A DNA stretch of 64,000 nt from Chloroflexota bacterium (GTDB lineage: Bacteria; Chloroflexota; UBA11872; VXOZ01): assembly GCA_963663275.1 (NCBI GenBank), contig OY760183.1:1344001-1408000 (forward strand), written 5' to 3'. The stretch's first letter is position 1. Each line of letters opens with the position of its first letter. The notes under the pieces were generated by a model. It searched no databases and was not told the origin of the DNA. It saw only the letters and a list, made by a program, of their open reading frames with translations. Position numbers and translations under genes: made by a program. Positions 22,773 through 33,015 of the stretch are shown in pieces.

Positions 22773-24203
22773 CTACCTCCACTCCGGCCCGATCATGTCC
22801 AGCGGCGGGGTGGTGGTGTTGAGCAGGCGTTCGGTGAGCCGGCCGTGGTGTTCCTGGATGCGGGCGTGGGCGGCGGGATCGTGGGCCAGGTTGCGCATTT
22901 CGTGGGGGTCTTCCTGGAGGTCGTAGAACTCGCTGCCGTTTTCTTGACCCCAGTAGGCGTATTTATAGCGATTGGTGATGAGCGCCGTGCCGCGCACGGC
23001 GCCACCATTGCCGACGTAGTCGGAGAGCGCCATGCCGGGCAGGCGCGCCTGCCCTTCGATAACCGGGCGCAGGCTGGTAGCGGCCATGGCCTCGGGGACG
23101 GGCACGCCGGCGTAGTCCAGGATCGTGGGCGCGATTTGGAAGGTCTCCACCACGTCTGCCACCAGCGGAACGCGCGCGTGTCCGGCCGGCGGCGTGACGA
23201 TGAGCGGCACCCGCGCCGAGGGTTCCCAGAACGTGCCCTTGCCGCCGCGCGACCAATCGCCCATGTGGTCGCCGTGGTCGCTGGCGTAGATGATGAGCGT
23301 GTTGTCCAGCGTCCCGGCGTCCGCCAGCGTTTGCACCAGCAGCCCCACCATGTCGTCGATCATGGTGCAGAGGCCCCAGTACTTGGCAATGGCGTTGCGG
23401 ATGATGCGCTCGTCCGGCTCTTTGGCAAAGCGGCCGCCGCCGTTTTGTAGATGCTTGGGCTTGTCGCTATCGTCGGCCAGATACGTCACCGGCATGTCCA
23501 CGTCCGCCGGGTCGTACATGCTGGCGTAGGGTTCCGGCGGGTCCAGCGGCCCGTGGGGCCCGCAGATGCCGCACCAGGCGATGAAGGGCCGGTCGCGGCT
23601 CTCGCGCATGAAACCGGCGGTGTTATTTGTGATCCAGGTGTCGATGTAGTCTTCGTAGGGCAGCACGTTGGTGATGGCCGTCATGTCTTTGTATTCAGGT
23701 TGACGGCGCTGGGTATAGATCTTCTCGTAGCCGCCCGGGTGCCGCTCCTCCAGCCAGGCGGCGTAGAGCGGCCCCAGGGGGCCCGGCCCCAGATGCGTGC
23801 CGGAAGATTCCTTCCAGCGCGAGCCTTTGCCCTCGGTCAGCATCGTGAAGCGGAAGCCTTTCGGCGGCCACATGTGGATTTTGCCGAAGGCCGCCGTATA
23901 GTAGCCCGCTACGTCGTGGAGATGCTCCATGAAGGTCAACTCATGATGGGGCAGTCCCGGCGTGCGGTCGATGGGTATCGCCTGGAAGGTCACGCCGTGC
24001 TGGTGGATGTACCGTCCGGTCTGGAGGCAGGCCCGGGCCGGCGTGCAGATGGTGTTCTGCGTGTAGGGGCGCTCGAACCGCGTGCCTTGCGCCGCCAGGG
24101 CGTCGATGTGGGGCGTCTTGACCTTGCGATTGCCATAGCAGCCGAGCGTATCCCAACGCTGCTGGTCGGTGGTGATGAGCAGGATGTTTGGGGGCTGTGC
24201 CAT
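22773..24203 (-). CDS. Cys-type sulfatase
   Basis: PNILLITTDQ, CTPARACLQTG, GKIH and SDHG; RBS aggagg. Confidence 0.93.
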   Translation of the reverse strand: MAQPPNILLITTDQQRWDTLGCYGNRKVKTPHIDALAAQGTRFERPYTQNTICTPARACLQTGRYIHQHGVTFQAIPIDRTPGLPHHELTFMEHLHDVAGYYTAAFGKIHMWPPKGFRFTMLTEGKGSRWKESSGTHLGPGPLGPLYAAWLEERHPGGYEKIYTQRRQPEYKDMTAITNVLPYEDYIDTWITNNTAGFMRESRDRPFIAWCGICGPHGPLDPPEPYASMYDPADVDMPVTYLADDSDKPKHLQNGGGRFAKEPDERIIRNAIAKYWGLCTMIDDMVGLLVQTLADAGTLDNTLIIYASDHGDHMGDWSRGGKGTFWEPSARVPLIVTPPAGHARVPLVADVVETFQIAPTILDYAGVPVPEAMAATSLRPVIEGQARLPGMALSDYVGNGGAVRGTALITNRYKYAYWGQENGSEFYDLQEDPHEMRNLAHDPAAHARIQEHHGRLTERLLNTTTPPLDMIGPEWR

Positions 24204-24364
24204 GAGTTACCTCCTGGACAGGGAGATTTGGATGCTTTTCGTGCTTATTCTAGGCTCCGCGGACATTCAATGTCATTCTTGCGGTGTACGTGACTTTCAT
24301 TCCTGTAAGTGTTAAGCAATTCGTTGACAATTTCCACCCTCTTCTCGGCAGTATTGACCGTGCA

Positions 24365-24558
24365 TGTCATTCCGAGCGCAGCGAGGAATCTAGAGTTCAT
24401 GCCGTGCGTTGTCCGATGGGCGCGGCAGCGCAGAGGCCCTACGACGCCGCGAGCCGATGGGGGTTACATGCGCCGGGCCGGTGATTTGAATGTTTTCAGG
24501 CACGGCGCTTGCGGAGGATGCGCGCACCCCTAGATTCCTCGCTGCGCTCGGAATGACA
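24365..24558. repeat. Inverted pair of tgtcattccgagcg REP-like repeats
   Basis: tgtcattccgagcgcagcgaggaatctag ... ctagattcctcgctgcgctcggaatgaca. Confidence 0.8.
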
Positions 24559-24624
24559 GATTAGGCAATACTGTCAATGCGAAGACTGGATGCGCGATCA
24601 GTTCAATGACCGGCTGCCATGCCG

Positions 24625-25680
24625 TCACGCGTACTCCAGCGCCACGCCCAGGGCCTCCGCCGGCAGGTTGATGGCGACTTCCGCCGCTTGCGGGGCTTGA
24701 TCGAACGGGAAGCGGTGGGTGAGCAGCGGGCCGACGCGCACCTTGCCGTCCGCTTGAAGGTTCAGGAGCGTTTGCAGGTTGCGCTCCTGGTCCCACGGCA
24801 CGAAGCGGCGCGGGTAATCGACCGCGCCGCGCAGGTAGTCGCGCTCGCGGCTGCCGGGGCCGCGGCCGTTGACCCAGTGGAGGTCGATCTCCTTGGTGTG
24901 GGGGTCGGCGTCGGCGTGGGTGGGGGTGAAGTCCCAAATCACGCGCCCGATGAGCAGCACGCGCCCGCTGAAACGCGCCAGCCGCACCGCCAGCGAGGCC
25001 GGACCGCGCACCCGCGCCGAGGTGGCCACGAAAACCGCGTCCGCGCCCACGCCGTGGGTGAAGTCCGCCACGGCGGCGGCTATGTCGTCGTCAGACCCGC
25101 TCGCCGTGGCAGCGGCCCCCAGTTCGCGGGCTTTTTCCAGCCGGAACTCGTGCAAGTCCACACCCATCGCCTGACCGCCGGTCATCTGGACGAGTTGCGC
25201 CGTAATCTGTCCCACCATGCCCAGGCCGAGCACCACGGCCCGCTCGCCCGGCTGCAAAGCCGCCCGGCGGATGGCGTGGAGCGCGGTGAGGCCGACGTTG
25301 GTGGTTGCCGCTTCCAGGGGCGCGAGACCCGGCGGAATTTTGGCAAACGAGTGCTTGGGCACGAAACCCTGCTCGGCGTGGAAGCCAAAGCCGCCGCCGG
25401 CCGCCGCCACCAGGTCGCCCGGCCGGAAGCGATCCTGAAGATCCGCGGAAACCTCGAGGACTTCGCCGGCGGACTGGTAGCTGTGGGCCTTCTCTGAGAA
25501 CGCGCCTGGGTCTTTACCCTCCGCCACCGCCTGGCGGCGGCGCGCCACACCCGCCATCTCGGAACCGGCCCCAAACACCGAGGCCAGCGTCCGAATCACC
25601 ACGCCGGAGCCGCGCAAGGTGGGTTCCGGCGCCTCTTTGATGTAGATTTCGCCGCGATTGTTCGAATAGAGGGCGCGCAT
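24625..25680 (-). CDS. MDR-superfamily (alcohol dehydrogenase-like) oxidoreductase
   Basis: GroES-like N-terminus (YQSAGEV, FRPGDLV), VLGLGMVG Rossmann motif, LLTHRFPF. Confidence 0.82.
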   Translation of the reverse strand: MRALYSNNRGEIYIKEAPEPTLRGSGVVIRTLASVFGAGSEMAGVARRRQAVAEGKDPGAFSEKAHSYQSAGEVLEVSADLQDRFRPGDLVAAAGGGFGFHAEQGFVPKHSFAKIPPGLAPLEAATTNVGLTALHAIRRAALQPGERAVVLGLGMVGQITAQLVQMTGGQAMGVDLHEFRLEKARELGAAATASGSDDDIAAAVADFTHGVGADAVFVATSARVRGPASLAVRLARFSGRVLLIGRVIWDFTPTHADADPHTKEIDLHWVNGRGPGSRERDYLRGAVDYPRRFVPWDQERNLQTLLNLQADGKVRVGPLLTHRFPFDQAPQAAEVAINLPAEALGVALEYA

Positions 25681-25707
25681 CGAGCAAACTCCGTTTCGCG
25701 TTTGTCG

Positions 25708-27420
25708 TCACACAGGTATCACCGGCAGCGTCACGTGGGACGGCCTGGAATGGTCGTGGAAGAGCGTTTGGCGGGCCGTGGCCAGCGTGGCGTCGGCGTA
25801 GTCGTCCAGGCCCGTGTTGTGGTTGCGGTCGAAGTTGGGAAAGTCGCTGCTGGAAATATCCAGGCGGATGCGGTGGCCGGCTCTGAAGAGGTTGCTGGTG
25901 GGATTCACCTGGATTTCGTACCGGTAGACCGCGTCCGGCTCGATGAGCGTGGGCTGCGCGAATGATTCCCGGTAGCGGGCGCGCACGATGCCGTGGCAGA
26001 GTTCCTGCGCGAAGCCGTCCGGCCACACGTCGATGAGCTTGACCACGAAGTCCGTATCGCGGGCGGAGGAGGCGGCCCAGAGTTTCACCGTTATCGGCCC
26101 GGTCACCTCCAGCGGCGTCTCCAGCGGCGGCGTGGCGTAGCTCAGAATGTCGTTGCGATGGGCCAATGCCCGCTGGTCGTGGGGCTCCTGCTGCCCGCCG
26201 GCGGTGTAGAGGGTCATCACGGGGTCGCGCGGATCGTAGACATAATTGTCCGGCGGCTCGTCGGTGGGCGCTTCCCGCGAGAGCACGCCGTCGCCAAACG
26301 GCGTATTGGCGCTGCCGCCGCTGTGGAGGTAGAAGTCGGTGTACCGGGTGCGCGCCAGCGGCCACTCTTGTTCGCCGCGCCAGGTGTTCGCGCCCATGAC
26401 GAAGAGCTGCACCGGCGGCCAGTCGACGATGGCGCCGGGATCGTCCTTCAGCCAGGCGCGGAACCAGGCGTCGGCAATGGCCAGGTAGTTGCGTTCCGCC
26501 GCCGGGCCGAAGTCCACCGACCCGACCGTGTGCCCCAGGTCATCGGTGGTGTGCGTCCAGGGGCCGACGATGAGCCGCTGGTTGGCGCGAGCATGGGCGG
26601 TCATGCCGTTCTCCACCATGCCGGTGAACTGCTTGATGGTGCCAATTTGCTGGTCGTACCAGCCCGTTACGCTAAGGACTGGAACGTTAACATCCTTGTG
26701 CTTCTGCAAGAAGCCGAAGTGGTCTTGGGCGTGGTCGCTGAGCCAGTAGCGGAAGTGCGGCGCCACGTCGGCGAGCGCGCTATCGGGGATGTCCAGCAGG
26801 GGCAGGAACCAGAGCCACTTGGCGCGGTCCTGCTCGTGCCAGATGCGCTCGGCTACCGCTTGCGTATGGGGTCCCGAGGTGTCGCCAAGCCGCCGCCGCT
26901 GGTCCGGGGCCAGGGTATTGACCGACCACCACAGCACGCGCCCCAGCCGCAGCACGCCGCAGAGTTCGCGGTCCAGCAGGTTGGCGGCGATGCCGCTGGC
27001 GTACATGGCGGCGAGACTGGGCGGCCGGGTGGGAGCCAGCGCCCACTGCGTCCAGCCGTTGTAGGAGTTGCCGTAGGTGCCGACTTTGCCGGTGGAACCC
27101 GGCAGCCGCGCCGCCCATTCCACCGTGTCGTAGCCGTCGGCAGCGTCAAAGGTGTCGGCGCGATAGAAACCGGGGCGAAACTCGCCGTCGGAGGCGTACC
27201 GCCCGCGCACGTCCTGCACCGCCACGATATAACCCCGCGCGGCGTGCTCTCCGCCGAAACTCTGCTCGTTCTTATCATACGGCGTGCGGCACACCAGCAC
27301 GGGATACTCGCCGGGCGCGTCGGGACGATACACGTCGGCGCGCAAAACCGTCCCATCGCGCATGGGCACAGGGACGTTCTCTTCGCGCGTCACGCCGAAC
27401 GTATGCTCAAATTGCCCCAT
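25708..27420 (-). CDS. CocE/NonD-family hydrolase
   Basis: PMRDG, RTPY, QDVRGRYASDG, GNSYNG, GWYD and GPWTH. Confidence 0.92.
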   Translation of the reverse strand: MGQFEHTFGVTREENVPVPMRDGTVLRADVYRPDAPGEYPVLVCRTPYDKNEQSFGGEHAARGYIVAVQDVRGRYASDGEFRPGFYRADTFDAADGYDTVEWAARLPGSTGKVGTYGNSYNGWTQWALAPTRPPSLAAMYASGIAANLLDRELCGVLRLGRVLWWSVNTLAPDQRRRLGDTSGPHTQAVAERIWHEQDRAKWLWFLPLLDIPDSALADVAPHFRYWLSDHAQDHFGFLQKHKDVNVPVLSVTGWYDQQIGTIKQFTGMVENGMTAHARANQRLIVGPWTHTTDDLGHTVGSVDFGPAAERNYLAIADAWFRAWLKDDPGAIVDWPPVQLFVMGANTWRGEQEWPLARTRYTDFYLHSGGSANTPFGDGVLSREAPTDEPPDNYVYDPRDPVMTLYTAGGQQEPHDQRALAHRNDILSYATPPLETPLEVTGPITVKLWAASSARDTDFVVKLIDVWPDGFAQELCHGIVRARYRESFAQPTLIEPDAVYRYEIQVNPTSNLFRAGHRIRLDISSSDFPNFDRNHNTGLDDYADATLATARQTLFHDHSRPSHVTLPVIPV

Positions 27421-27490
27421 AGATGCTCCTGAATTCCCCACAAATCCCGCCGCGTAGCCCGAAACGCCACGAGGCGTCTGCTCCTCTCAT

Positions 27491-27731
27491 TCCGGTAGCG
27501 CAGGTTTGTGACCTGCGTCTTTGCTCCGGTAGCGTAGGTTTGCAACCTGCGTCTCCGATAGCGCGGGTTTGCACCCTGCGTCTCCGGTAGCGCGGGTTTG
27601 CACCCTGCGTCTCCGGTAGCGCGGGTTTGCACCCTGCATCTCCGGTAGCGTAGGTTTGTAACCTGCGCCGGCGCGGGTCGGCGTTTGCAACCTGCGCCTC
27701 TTTCCGTCATTCCGGCGAAAGCCGGAATCCA
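27491..27731. repeat. Tandem array of six ~29-bp GTAG REP-like units plus a partial unit and a CGTC-type palindrome
   Basis: tccggtagcgcgggtttgcaccctgcgtc head to tail with no unique spacers. Confidence 0.85.
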
Positions 27732-27782
27732 GTGCCCGGTCACGCTATCTAATCCGACAACTCCCGGAAGCAGCGACAACGT

Positions 27783-28085
27783 TCAGGCACCGCTAACGAC
27801 ACGCCCAACACCCGGCATCATCTCTGAGACTGTCTTGCCGGTAAGCTGCATGTAGAGCGCGTCCGGGCAAAGTTCGATGTCATCCCCCCAGGCGATTGCT
27901 CCATGCGGTGCAATGTGAACCGTCTGGAAGCGAGCGCGGTCATTCCACGCCGCAAACACCCCCCGTCCCGCCAGATGCGAGAGATCTACCTCCCCGGCAG
28001 ACCCATCCGAAAAGCGAATCCAAATCCGGTATCTCTTGCGCGCCTCAACGGCAGTGGGCCGAACTAGCGCCTTTGACGTGGGTAT
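27783..28085 (-). CDS. DUF2442-like protein lacking a canonical start codon (possible pseudogene; not in ORF track)
   Basis: Manual translation ...VRPTAVEARKRYRIWIRFSDGSAGEVDLSHLAGRGVFAAWND...GAIAWGDDIELCPDALYMQLTGK...; only ATA at 28085 follows a ggag/gagg RBS. Confidence 0.65.
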   Translation of the reverse strand: MPTSKALVRPTAVEARKRYRIWIRFSDGSAGEVDLSHLAGRGVFAAWNDRARFQTVHIAPHGAIAWGDDIELCPDALYMQLTGKTVSEMMPGVGRVVSGA

Positions 28086-28130
28086 TGCCTCGCTCCAAGT
28101 CCTACATGCGCCAAGTGACTGCTTTCCTGA

Positions 28131-29216
28131 CTAAACTCCCTTCACAGAATTCTCTATGCGTGAGACTTCATCCCTAATTCTGTCGGCGTGGTTGAAGATG
28201 TCGTCCAGGTCTGCGAGGCGAATTCGCTCCTCTGACCTCTTCTCATCAAACAAGGCGAGTCTGAGGGTTGAAGTTCTGAGAAGCAGTCGGCAGACAGTCC
28301 TTCGATTGTTATCGTCAAGTAGCACGCTGCAATAGGACTTAGAAGTGCGGAGCCCAAGGCGCCGAACATCTACCAGATCACGGACGATTGCCTTGATTAC
28401 ATTCAGCGCATCTTCCTCAAGCGGAATGAACTCTGGTTCAACTGGTGAATCGGAGACAGGTGCAACTTCCTTCTCCTGTAGCTGTTTGTCCTCCTGCTCT
28501 TCCTGCTTCAGGGCAGACTTTAATCTGTCACTAATTCGATCGTTTACAAACTGCACAAACGCGTGCCGCACAAGTGGGACGAACTGCTCCCGTATCGCTT
28601 GAGTTACATTCTTGCCCTCGTATACGCGTTTCACAATAAAGTAAACGAACTCTTCTGAAGGGTTCTCAAGCTCTTGCGCGATCACCCGTCTTATCTCCGT
28701 CGTGTACTTCAACTCCCTGGCGGCATCCAGGATTTCCTCCAAATTGAAGGCAGCTTTTGTAAACCGCTTCAGCCCTTCGACCTCCGCTTCATTAAAGTCG
28801 AGCATGTTGAACTCGAAGAAGGGCTTCTTGTCCATCACATTGGGTTGTTCCAGATCGGCGAAGAAACGATAGACGACACCGTCAGTGAGTATGCCGAATC
28901 GGGCGTCAGTTACCGTAAAGTAGCGAGTGAGTTGTGAGATCTCCGCTTCGTCTAGATCGTTGCCGTATATCTTGCATTCAATGAGGATCGCGGGCTTCCC
29001 GGCTTGCATGAGGGCGTAATCGACCTTTTCTCCCTTTTTCGATCCAACGTCAGCGGTAAACTCCGGCACAACCTCAGTTGGATCGAAAATCGAATAGCCC
29101 ATCATCTGTAAGAAAGGTAGGACGAGAGCGTTCTTGGTAGCCTCTTCGGTGTCAAGGTGGTCTGTTCGCTCGGCGAACCTGCTTGAGCGAGTGCGTACTT
29201 CGTCGATGAAGTCCAT
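28131..29216 (-). CDS. HsdR_N-like (type I restriction N-terminal) PD-(D/E)xK domain protein
   Basis: TEEATKNALVLPF, EVVPEF, KKGEKVDYA, ILIECK, QLTRYF and ILTDG; lower GC than flanks. Confidence 0.82.
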   Translation of the reverse strand: MDFIDEVRTRSSRFAERTDHLDTEEATKNALVLPFLQMMGYSIFDPTEVVPEFTADVGSKKGEKVDYALMQAGKPAILIECKIYGNDLDEAEISQLTRYFTVTDARFGILTDGVVYRFFADLEQPNVMDKKPFFEFNMLDFNEAEVEGLKRFTKAAFNLEEILDAARELKYTTEIRRVIAQELENPSEEFVYFIVKRVYEGKNVTQAIREQFVPLVRHAFVQFVNDRISDRLKSALKQEEQEDKQLQEKEVAPVSDSPVEPEFIPLEEDALNVIKAIVRDLVDVRRLGLRTSKSYCSVLLDDNNRRTVCRLLLRTSTLRLALFDEKRSEERIRLADLDDIFNHADRIRDEVSRIENSVKGV

Positions 29217-29432
29217 GTGTAAAGTGTCCTTGCTGTCTGTCTGAATCGTGTCTGTTCCGCCAATATCTATTGGGAACGAGAAGAGCCTAATCTGCACTTC
29301 CCTTAAGGGTTCATATTAATGAATCGTCGACGGAGGGTCAAAGTACAATTGACGCCACTCTACGCGCTTGGGTTTGCTTGCCACGGTGGGCACTCTGCGC
29401 CCTTGGGTACATCTCACAGAACAAGAACGCCA

Positions 29433-30596
29433 CTAGCATTCTACTTCCACCGCCGGTGGGGTGATGAAGTCGTGGTACCGCTCCTTCACCCCGGCCTCTT
29501 GGGTGTTGCCCGTGTGCAGGTAGACGCGGAAATTGCAGCGGAGGCGGGCGCTATCGGGCAGGGTGTAGCTGCCGTCGATGCCGGGGTGACCCAGGAACTC
29601 GCGCCAGGCGAAGGGGTTGGCGTGCATCAGGCCGTAGTTGCGCACGTGCCAGTAGGTGGGGTAGCGGAAGTTAGCGGGATGGTCGAACACCGCCAGGCCC
29701 ACGGTCTGGCCGTTCACCGGGCCGGCGTAATCCATCCACTGGGCGCGTTTGCCGAAGCACTCGTCCTCGCCTATGCCGCCGTAGGCGTTTTCGATGCGCC
29801 CGTCGGCGTCGGCGTCCATGCTGCTGGCCACCCGCACCGAGAGCATCGCGCCCTCTTTCGTATCGCCAAAGCGCACCGGCCCCTCCGAGGCGTGGAAGGT
29901 CACGCCGATGTCCAGGATGCGCGCGTCCGGCGCCGGGGCGTAGACCACCACGTGTTTTTCCTCGGCCACCACCGGCTGCTCGGCGCGGCTCACCCAGTAA
30001 CTGCGCGAGCGGAACGCCCCGCAGACCGGCCCACTCACATAGGCGTCCCCCACCCCAAAGGCCGGGCAAAACGAATCGTGGCGCTGGTAGCCGTGGTCGT
30101 CCAATTCGCTCCAGGTATCCACGCCGTTCACGTCGCCGTGGGCCACGTGGATGGACTTGTGGTGCGGATGGTCGCGCTTCTCGCCGGGAATGCCGGCGAC
30201 CATCGGGTAGCCGCGCGTCATGCCCCTGCCGGTGGGGCCGTTCACGGGGTAGAGGAAGAGTTTATTGTGTATGGCGGCGTGGTGGTAGGTGGTGAAGAGT
30301 TGGCCGCCCAGGTGGATGTCCAGGCCGTGTTTGCCGCCGGCCACGGTCACGGCGGCCGTGTTTTCGCCCTCTTCCAGCGCGAACGTCTCGCTGGCGCCCG
30401 CGGCCAGGGACGGCACAATCCAGGCCAGGCGAACGCCGCCCGCCGTAGCCACCGCCTGCGCGGGCAGCGCTTCCCCGGTCTCGCCGGACACCACCACGTA
30501 GCCGCGCGCCGGGTCGAGGCCCGCGGCATCTACCCAAACCGGACATTGCCGCCGGGCGTGGTTGCCGGCGCGGACGGTAAACGTCATGCGTTGCAT
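29433..30596 (-). CDS. PmoA-like (PF14100-type) hypothetical protein
   Basis: LYPVNGP, DHPHH, DHPAN and WHVRNYGL motifs; soluble, not a true methane monooxygenase subunit. Confidence 0.7.
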   Translation of the reverse strand: MQRMTFTVRAGNHARRQCPVWVDAAGLDPARGYVVVSGETGEALPAQAVATAGGVRLAWIVPSLAAGASETFALEEGENTAAVTVAGGKHGLDIHLGGQLFTTYHHAAIHNKLFLYPVNGPTGRGMTRGYPMVAGIPGEKRDHPHHKSIHVAHGDVNGVDTWSELDDHGYQRHDSFCPAFGVGDAYVSGPVCGAFRSRSYWVSRAEQPVVAEEKHVVVYAPAPDARILDIGVTFHASEGPVRFGDTKEGAMLSVRVASSMDADADGRIENAYGGIGEDECFGKRAQWMDYAGPVNGQTVGLAVFDHPANFRYPTYWHVRNYGLMHANPFAWREFLGHPGIDGSYTLPDSARLRCNFRVYLHTGNTQEAGVKERYHDFITPPAVEVEC

Positions 30597-30715
30597 AGTG
30601 CGATCTTTCTAAGAGTGGAGACAGCGTTTAAGACGCGCCAAGCCGCTGCGCTAGCACTGAACATAGGCGCTGGCGGCAGCGGTGTCAACCTGAGGGAGGC
30701 GCGCCGGGCCGAAGC

Positions 30716-32797
30716 TCAGCCGGCGGTAGGCGTGGGTGTTGGCGTCGGCGTGGGGAACGGCGTCGGAGTTGGGGAGACCGACGTGCAGACCGAGGACGTG
30801 CCCAGGCGCACGTCCACGCCGGAGAGGCTGGCGGGCACGTCGCCGGTGATGGTATTGCCCAGCAGGTAGAGTTCCCGCAGCGTGGTGATATTGCCCAACT
30901 GGGACGGGATGCTGCCGGTCAGGGAGTTGCAGTGCAGGTAGAGGAACTCCAATTTGGCCAGGTTGCCCAGTTGCGTGGGGATTGCGCCGGTCAGCTTATT
31001 TTTGTTCAGGTCCAGGCGGGTGAGCAGCGGCAGGTTGCCCAATTCCGCCGGAATCGCGCCGCTCAACTGGTTGTCGTAGAGGTCCATCCGCGTCAGGATG
31101 AAAAGTTTGCCGAGTTCTTTCGGAATAGCGCCGGTCAGTTCGTTGTATTCCAGGTAGAGGTACCAGAGTTTGGAGAGGTTGCCCAGTTCTTTGGGGATCG
31201 CCCCGGTCAGCCGGTTGTTGTTCAGGTAGAGTTGGTGGAGTCTCGCCAGGCTGCCCAGTTCCTTGGGGATGCTGCCGGACAACTGGTTGCCGTCCAGGAA
31301 CAGGCGCGTCAGGTTGCCCAGGTTGCCCAACTCGGCCGGGATGGAGCCGGTGAGCCAATTGTGGTCCAGGTAGAGGTGTTGGAGTTCGGCCAGGTTGCCC
31401 AGTTCCGGCGGGATGGCGCCGGTCAAGCGGTTGTTGTCCAGGTAGAGGTAGTGGAGTTTGGTCAGGTTTGCCAGTTCCGCCGGGATGCGGCCGTTCAGTT
31501 GCTTGTTCTTCAGGGAGACGCGGTTCACCCGCTGGGGCGTGCCGCCGACCAGGATGCCGTCCCAACTCGTGATGGCCGTGCTGCCGCTCCAGTTGAGCGT
31601 GGCGGATCCCGCCAGCGTGCTCTTTAGTTGCAGGAGCGTGCGGCAATCGAAGACCAGGCCGGGGTTGGCGCTGGGATTGGGCACCGCCGTGCCGTTCTCG
31701 CAGGGCAGGGCAGCGGGCGGCTGGCCGGGGGTGAAAGTATCCGTCTTGCCGTCGTCCGGCGTGATGTCGGCGTACGCGCCGATGTCCTTGTAATACTTCT
31801 GCAGGCCGCTGACGTTGCTGATGCGCTTGCCGGCAAAGTCATCCGTGGTGGAAGCGGTGGTAATGCGGGACTTCAGGTTGGCCAAAGTCTGGGTATGTTC
31901 CGGATCTCCGGAGTACGTGCCGCGGCGGATCACGTTCCCCGACTTCACTTCCCATTGCGCCACCACCTGCCAGGCTTCGACGGCAATGGCGTTGTGCGCG
32001 CCCATGGGCGCCAGGAAGACCACGCTCTCTTTGCCTTCCATGAGCGCGCGCAGGTCTCTCTCGGCGTCCCAGACGATCTTTTCCAGCTTCACCTGGTGGG
32101 CGCTCCGGCTCAGCAGCGCGGCCGTGCCAAACTGACCGGCGGTGTGCTCCTTCTTGTAGAGTTCGTAGGAGTGGGCCTCGCCCATGCGGTCGTAGGCCAG
32201 CGTGAGCTTGGTCGGCCCCGCGCCGAGGATGTATTCGCTGGCGGTATAGTCAACGTGACAGGTGAGGAAGAGGTACTCCTCCGAGAGGCCGCCGCGGGCG
32301 ATGGCGACGAAGTTGGCCTTGGCGGTCTCCATGTACTCCGGTTTGAGGACATCGAGGGTTACGGTGAACAAGATTTCGAGAAACGACGCAGTGGGGAGGG
32401 TATCGGAAGCCGAGAGGCCCAGCCAGAAGCGGATGGCGGCGTCGCGTTGCGACAGGGTGCGGGCGATGCCGCGCCACTCGCAGCGGGTAGAGTTAGCAAC
32501 GCCGGTGCCGCGCACGGCCAGGTGGACAGGCGAAGCCTCAGCCAGGCGCAGGCCTTTCTCAAGCACCTCTTCGACGCTGGCAGTAGGGCCGGTCGGCGTA
32601 GGTGTTGGCGTCGGAGTGGGTGTAGCTGCCTGCCTCGCAACCGCGGGAAACCCGTCCGCCTGGGCCGTTACCGCCAAGACCGCACCCAGGAGAACCGCCA
32701 GCGCCAACGGGATCCCAAGCCAACGTCCGCGTGAGGCTGGGATCGCCGTGAGACTATGCCGCGTGAACGCCTTGATCCAGACGCCAAGAGGAGCCAT
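30716..32797 (-). CDS. Secreted leucine-rich-repeat protein with Pro/Thr linkers
   Basis: Signal peptide ending TAQA; about ten 24-aa LxxLxLxxNxLxGxIPxELGxL repeats; PT tracts near both ends. Confidence 0.9.
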   Translation of the reverse strand: MAPLGVWIKAFTRHSLTAIPASRGRWLGIPLALAVLLGAVLAVTAQADGFPAVARQAATPTPTPTPTPTGPTASVEEVLEKGLRLAEASPVHLAVRGTGVANSTRCEWRGIARTLSQRDAAIRFWLGLSASDTLPTASFLEILFTVTLDVLKPEYMETAKANFVAIARGGLSEEYLFLTCHVDYTASEYILGAGPTKLTLAYDRMGEAHSYELYKKEHTAGQFGTAALLSRSAHQVKLEKIVWDAERDLRALMEGKESVVFLAPMGAHNAIAVEAWQVVAQWEVKSGNVIRRGTYSGDPEHTQTLANLKSRITTASTTDDFAGKRISNVSGLQKYYKDIGAYADITPDDGKTDTFTPGQPPAALPCENGTAVPNPSANPGLVFDCRTLLQLKSTLAGSATLNWSGSTAITSWDGILVGGTPQRVNRVSLKNKQLNGRIPAELANLTKLHYLYLDNNRLTGAIPPELGNLAELQHLYLDHNWLTGSIPAELGNLGNLTRLFLDGNQLSGSIPKELGSLARLHQLYLNNNRLTGAIPKELGNLSKLWYLYLEYNELTGAIPKELGKLFILTRMDLYDNQLSGAIPAELGNLPLLTRLDLNKNKLTGAIPTQLGNLAKLEFLYLHCNSLTGSIPSQLGNITTLRELYLLGNTITGDVPASLSGVDVRLGTSSVCTSVSPTPTPFPTPTPTPTPTAG

Positions 32798-32820
32798 ATT
32801 TGATTATCCCTACGCTACCA

Positions 32821-33015
32821 TTACGATTGCGAGATGGCGCAACATACGCTGTAAAGCCCTATGTTCCGAGCCTTATGCAAGAACAGTAATTCCCATTCAA
32901 CTTGCTCAATGTTTGTGTTCTTGACGTTTCGATGAACTAGGGTCGCTTCTGTTACTCCGGTTCCCCCGGTATCACCCTGTGATGCCTTCTGGATCTTTCG
33001 GCCGCTGGCTCTCAC
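32821..33015 (-). pseudogene. Short low-GC ORF or gene relic coupled to the upstream stop
   Basis: GTG overlaps TAG (TAGTG); 64 aa with no recognised motif. Confidence 0.3.

Noticed and set aside
27491-27700. Possible CRISPR array
   Set aside because: The 29-bp units are head to tail without unique spacers, match dispersed REP palindromes, and have no cas genes nearby.
29433-30596. Particulate methane monooxygenase
   Set aside because: Soluble protein without pmoCB neighbours; only the misleadingly named PmoA-like family fits.
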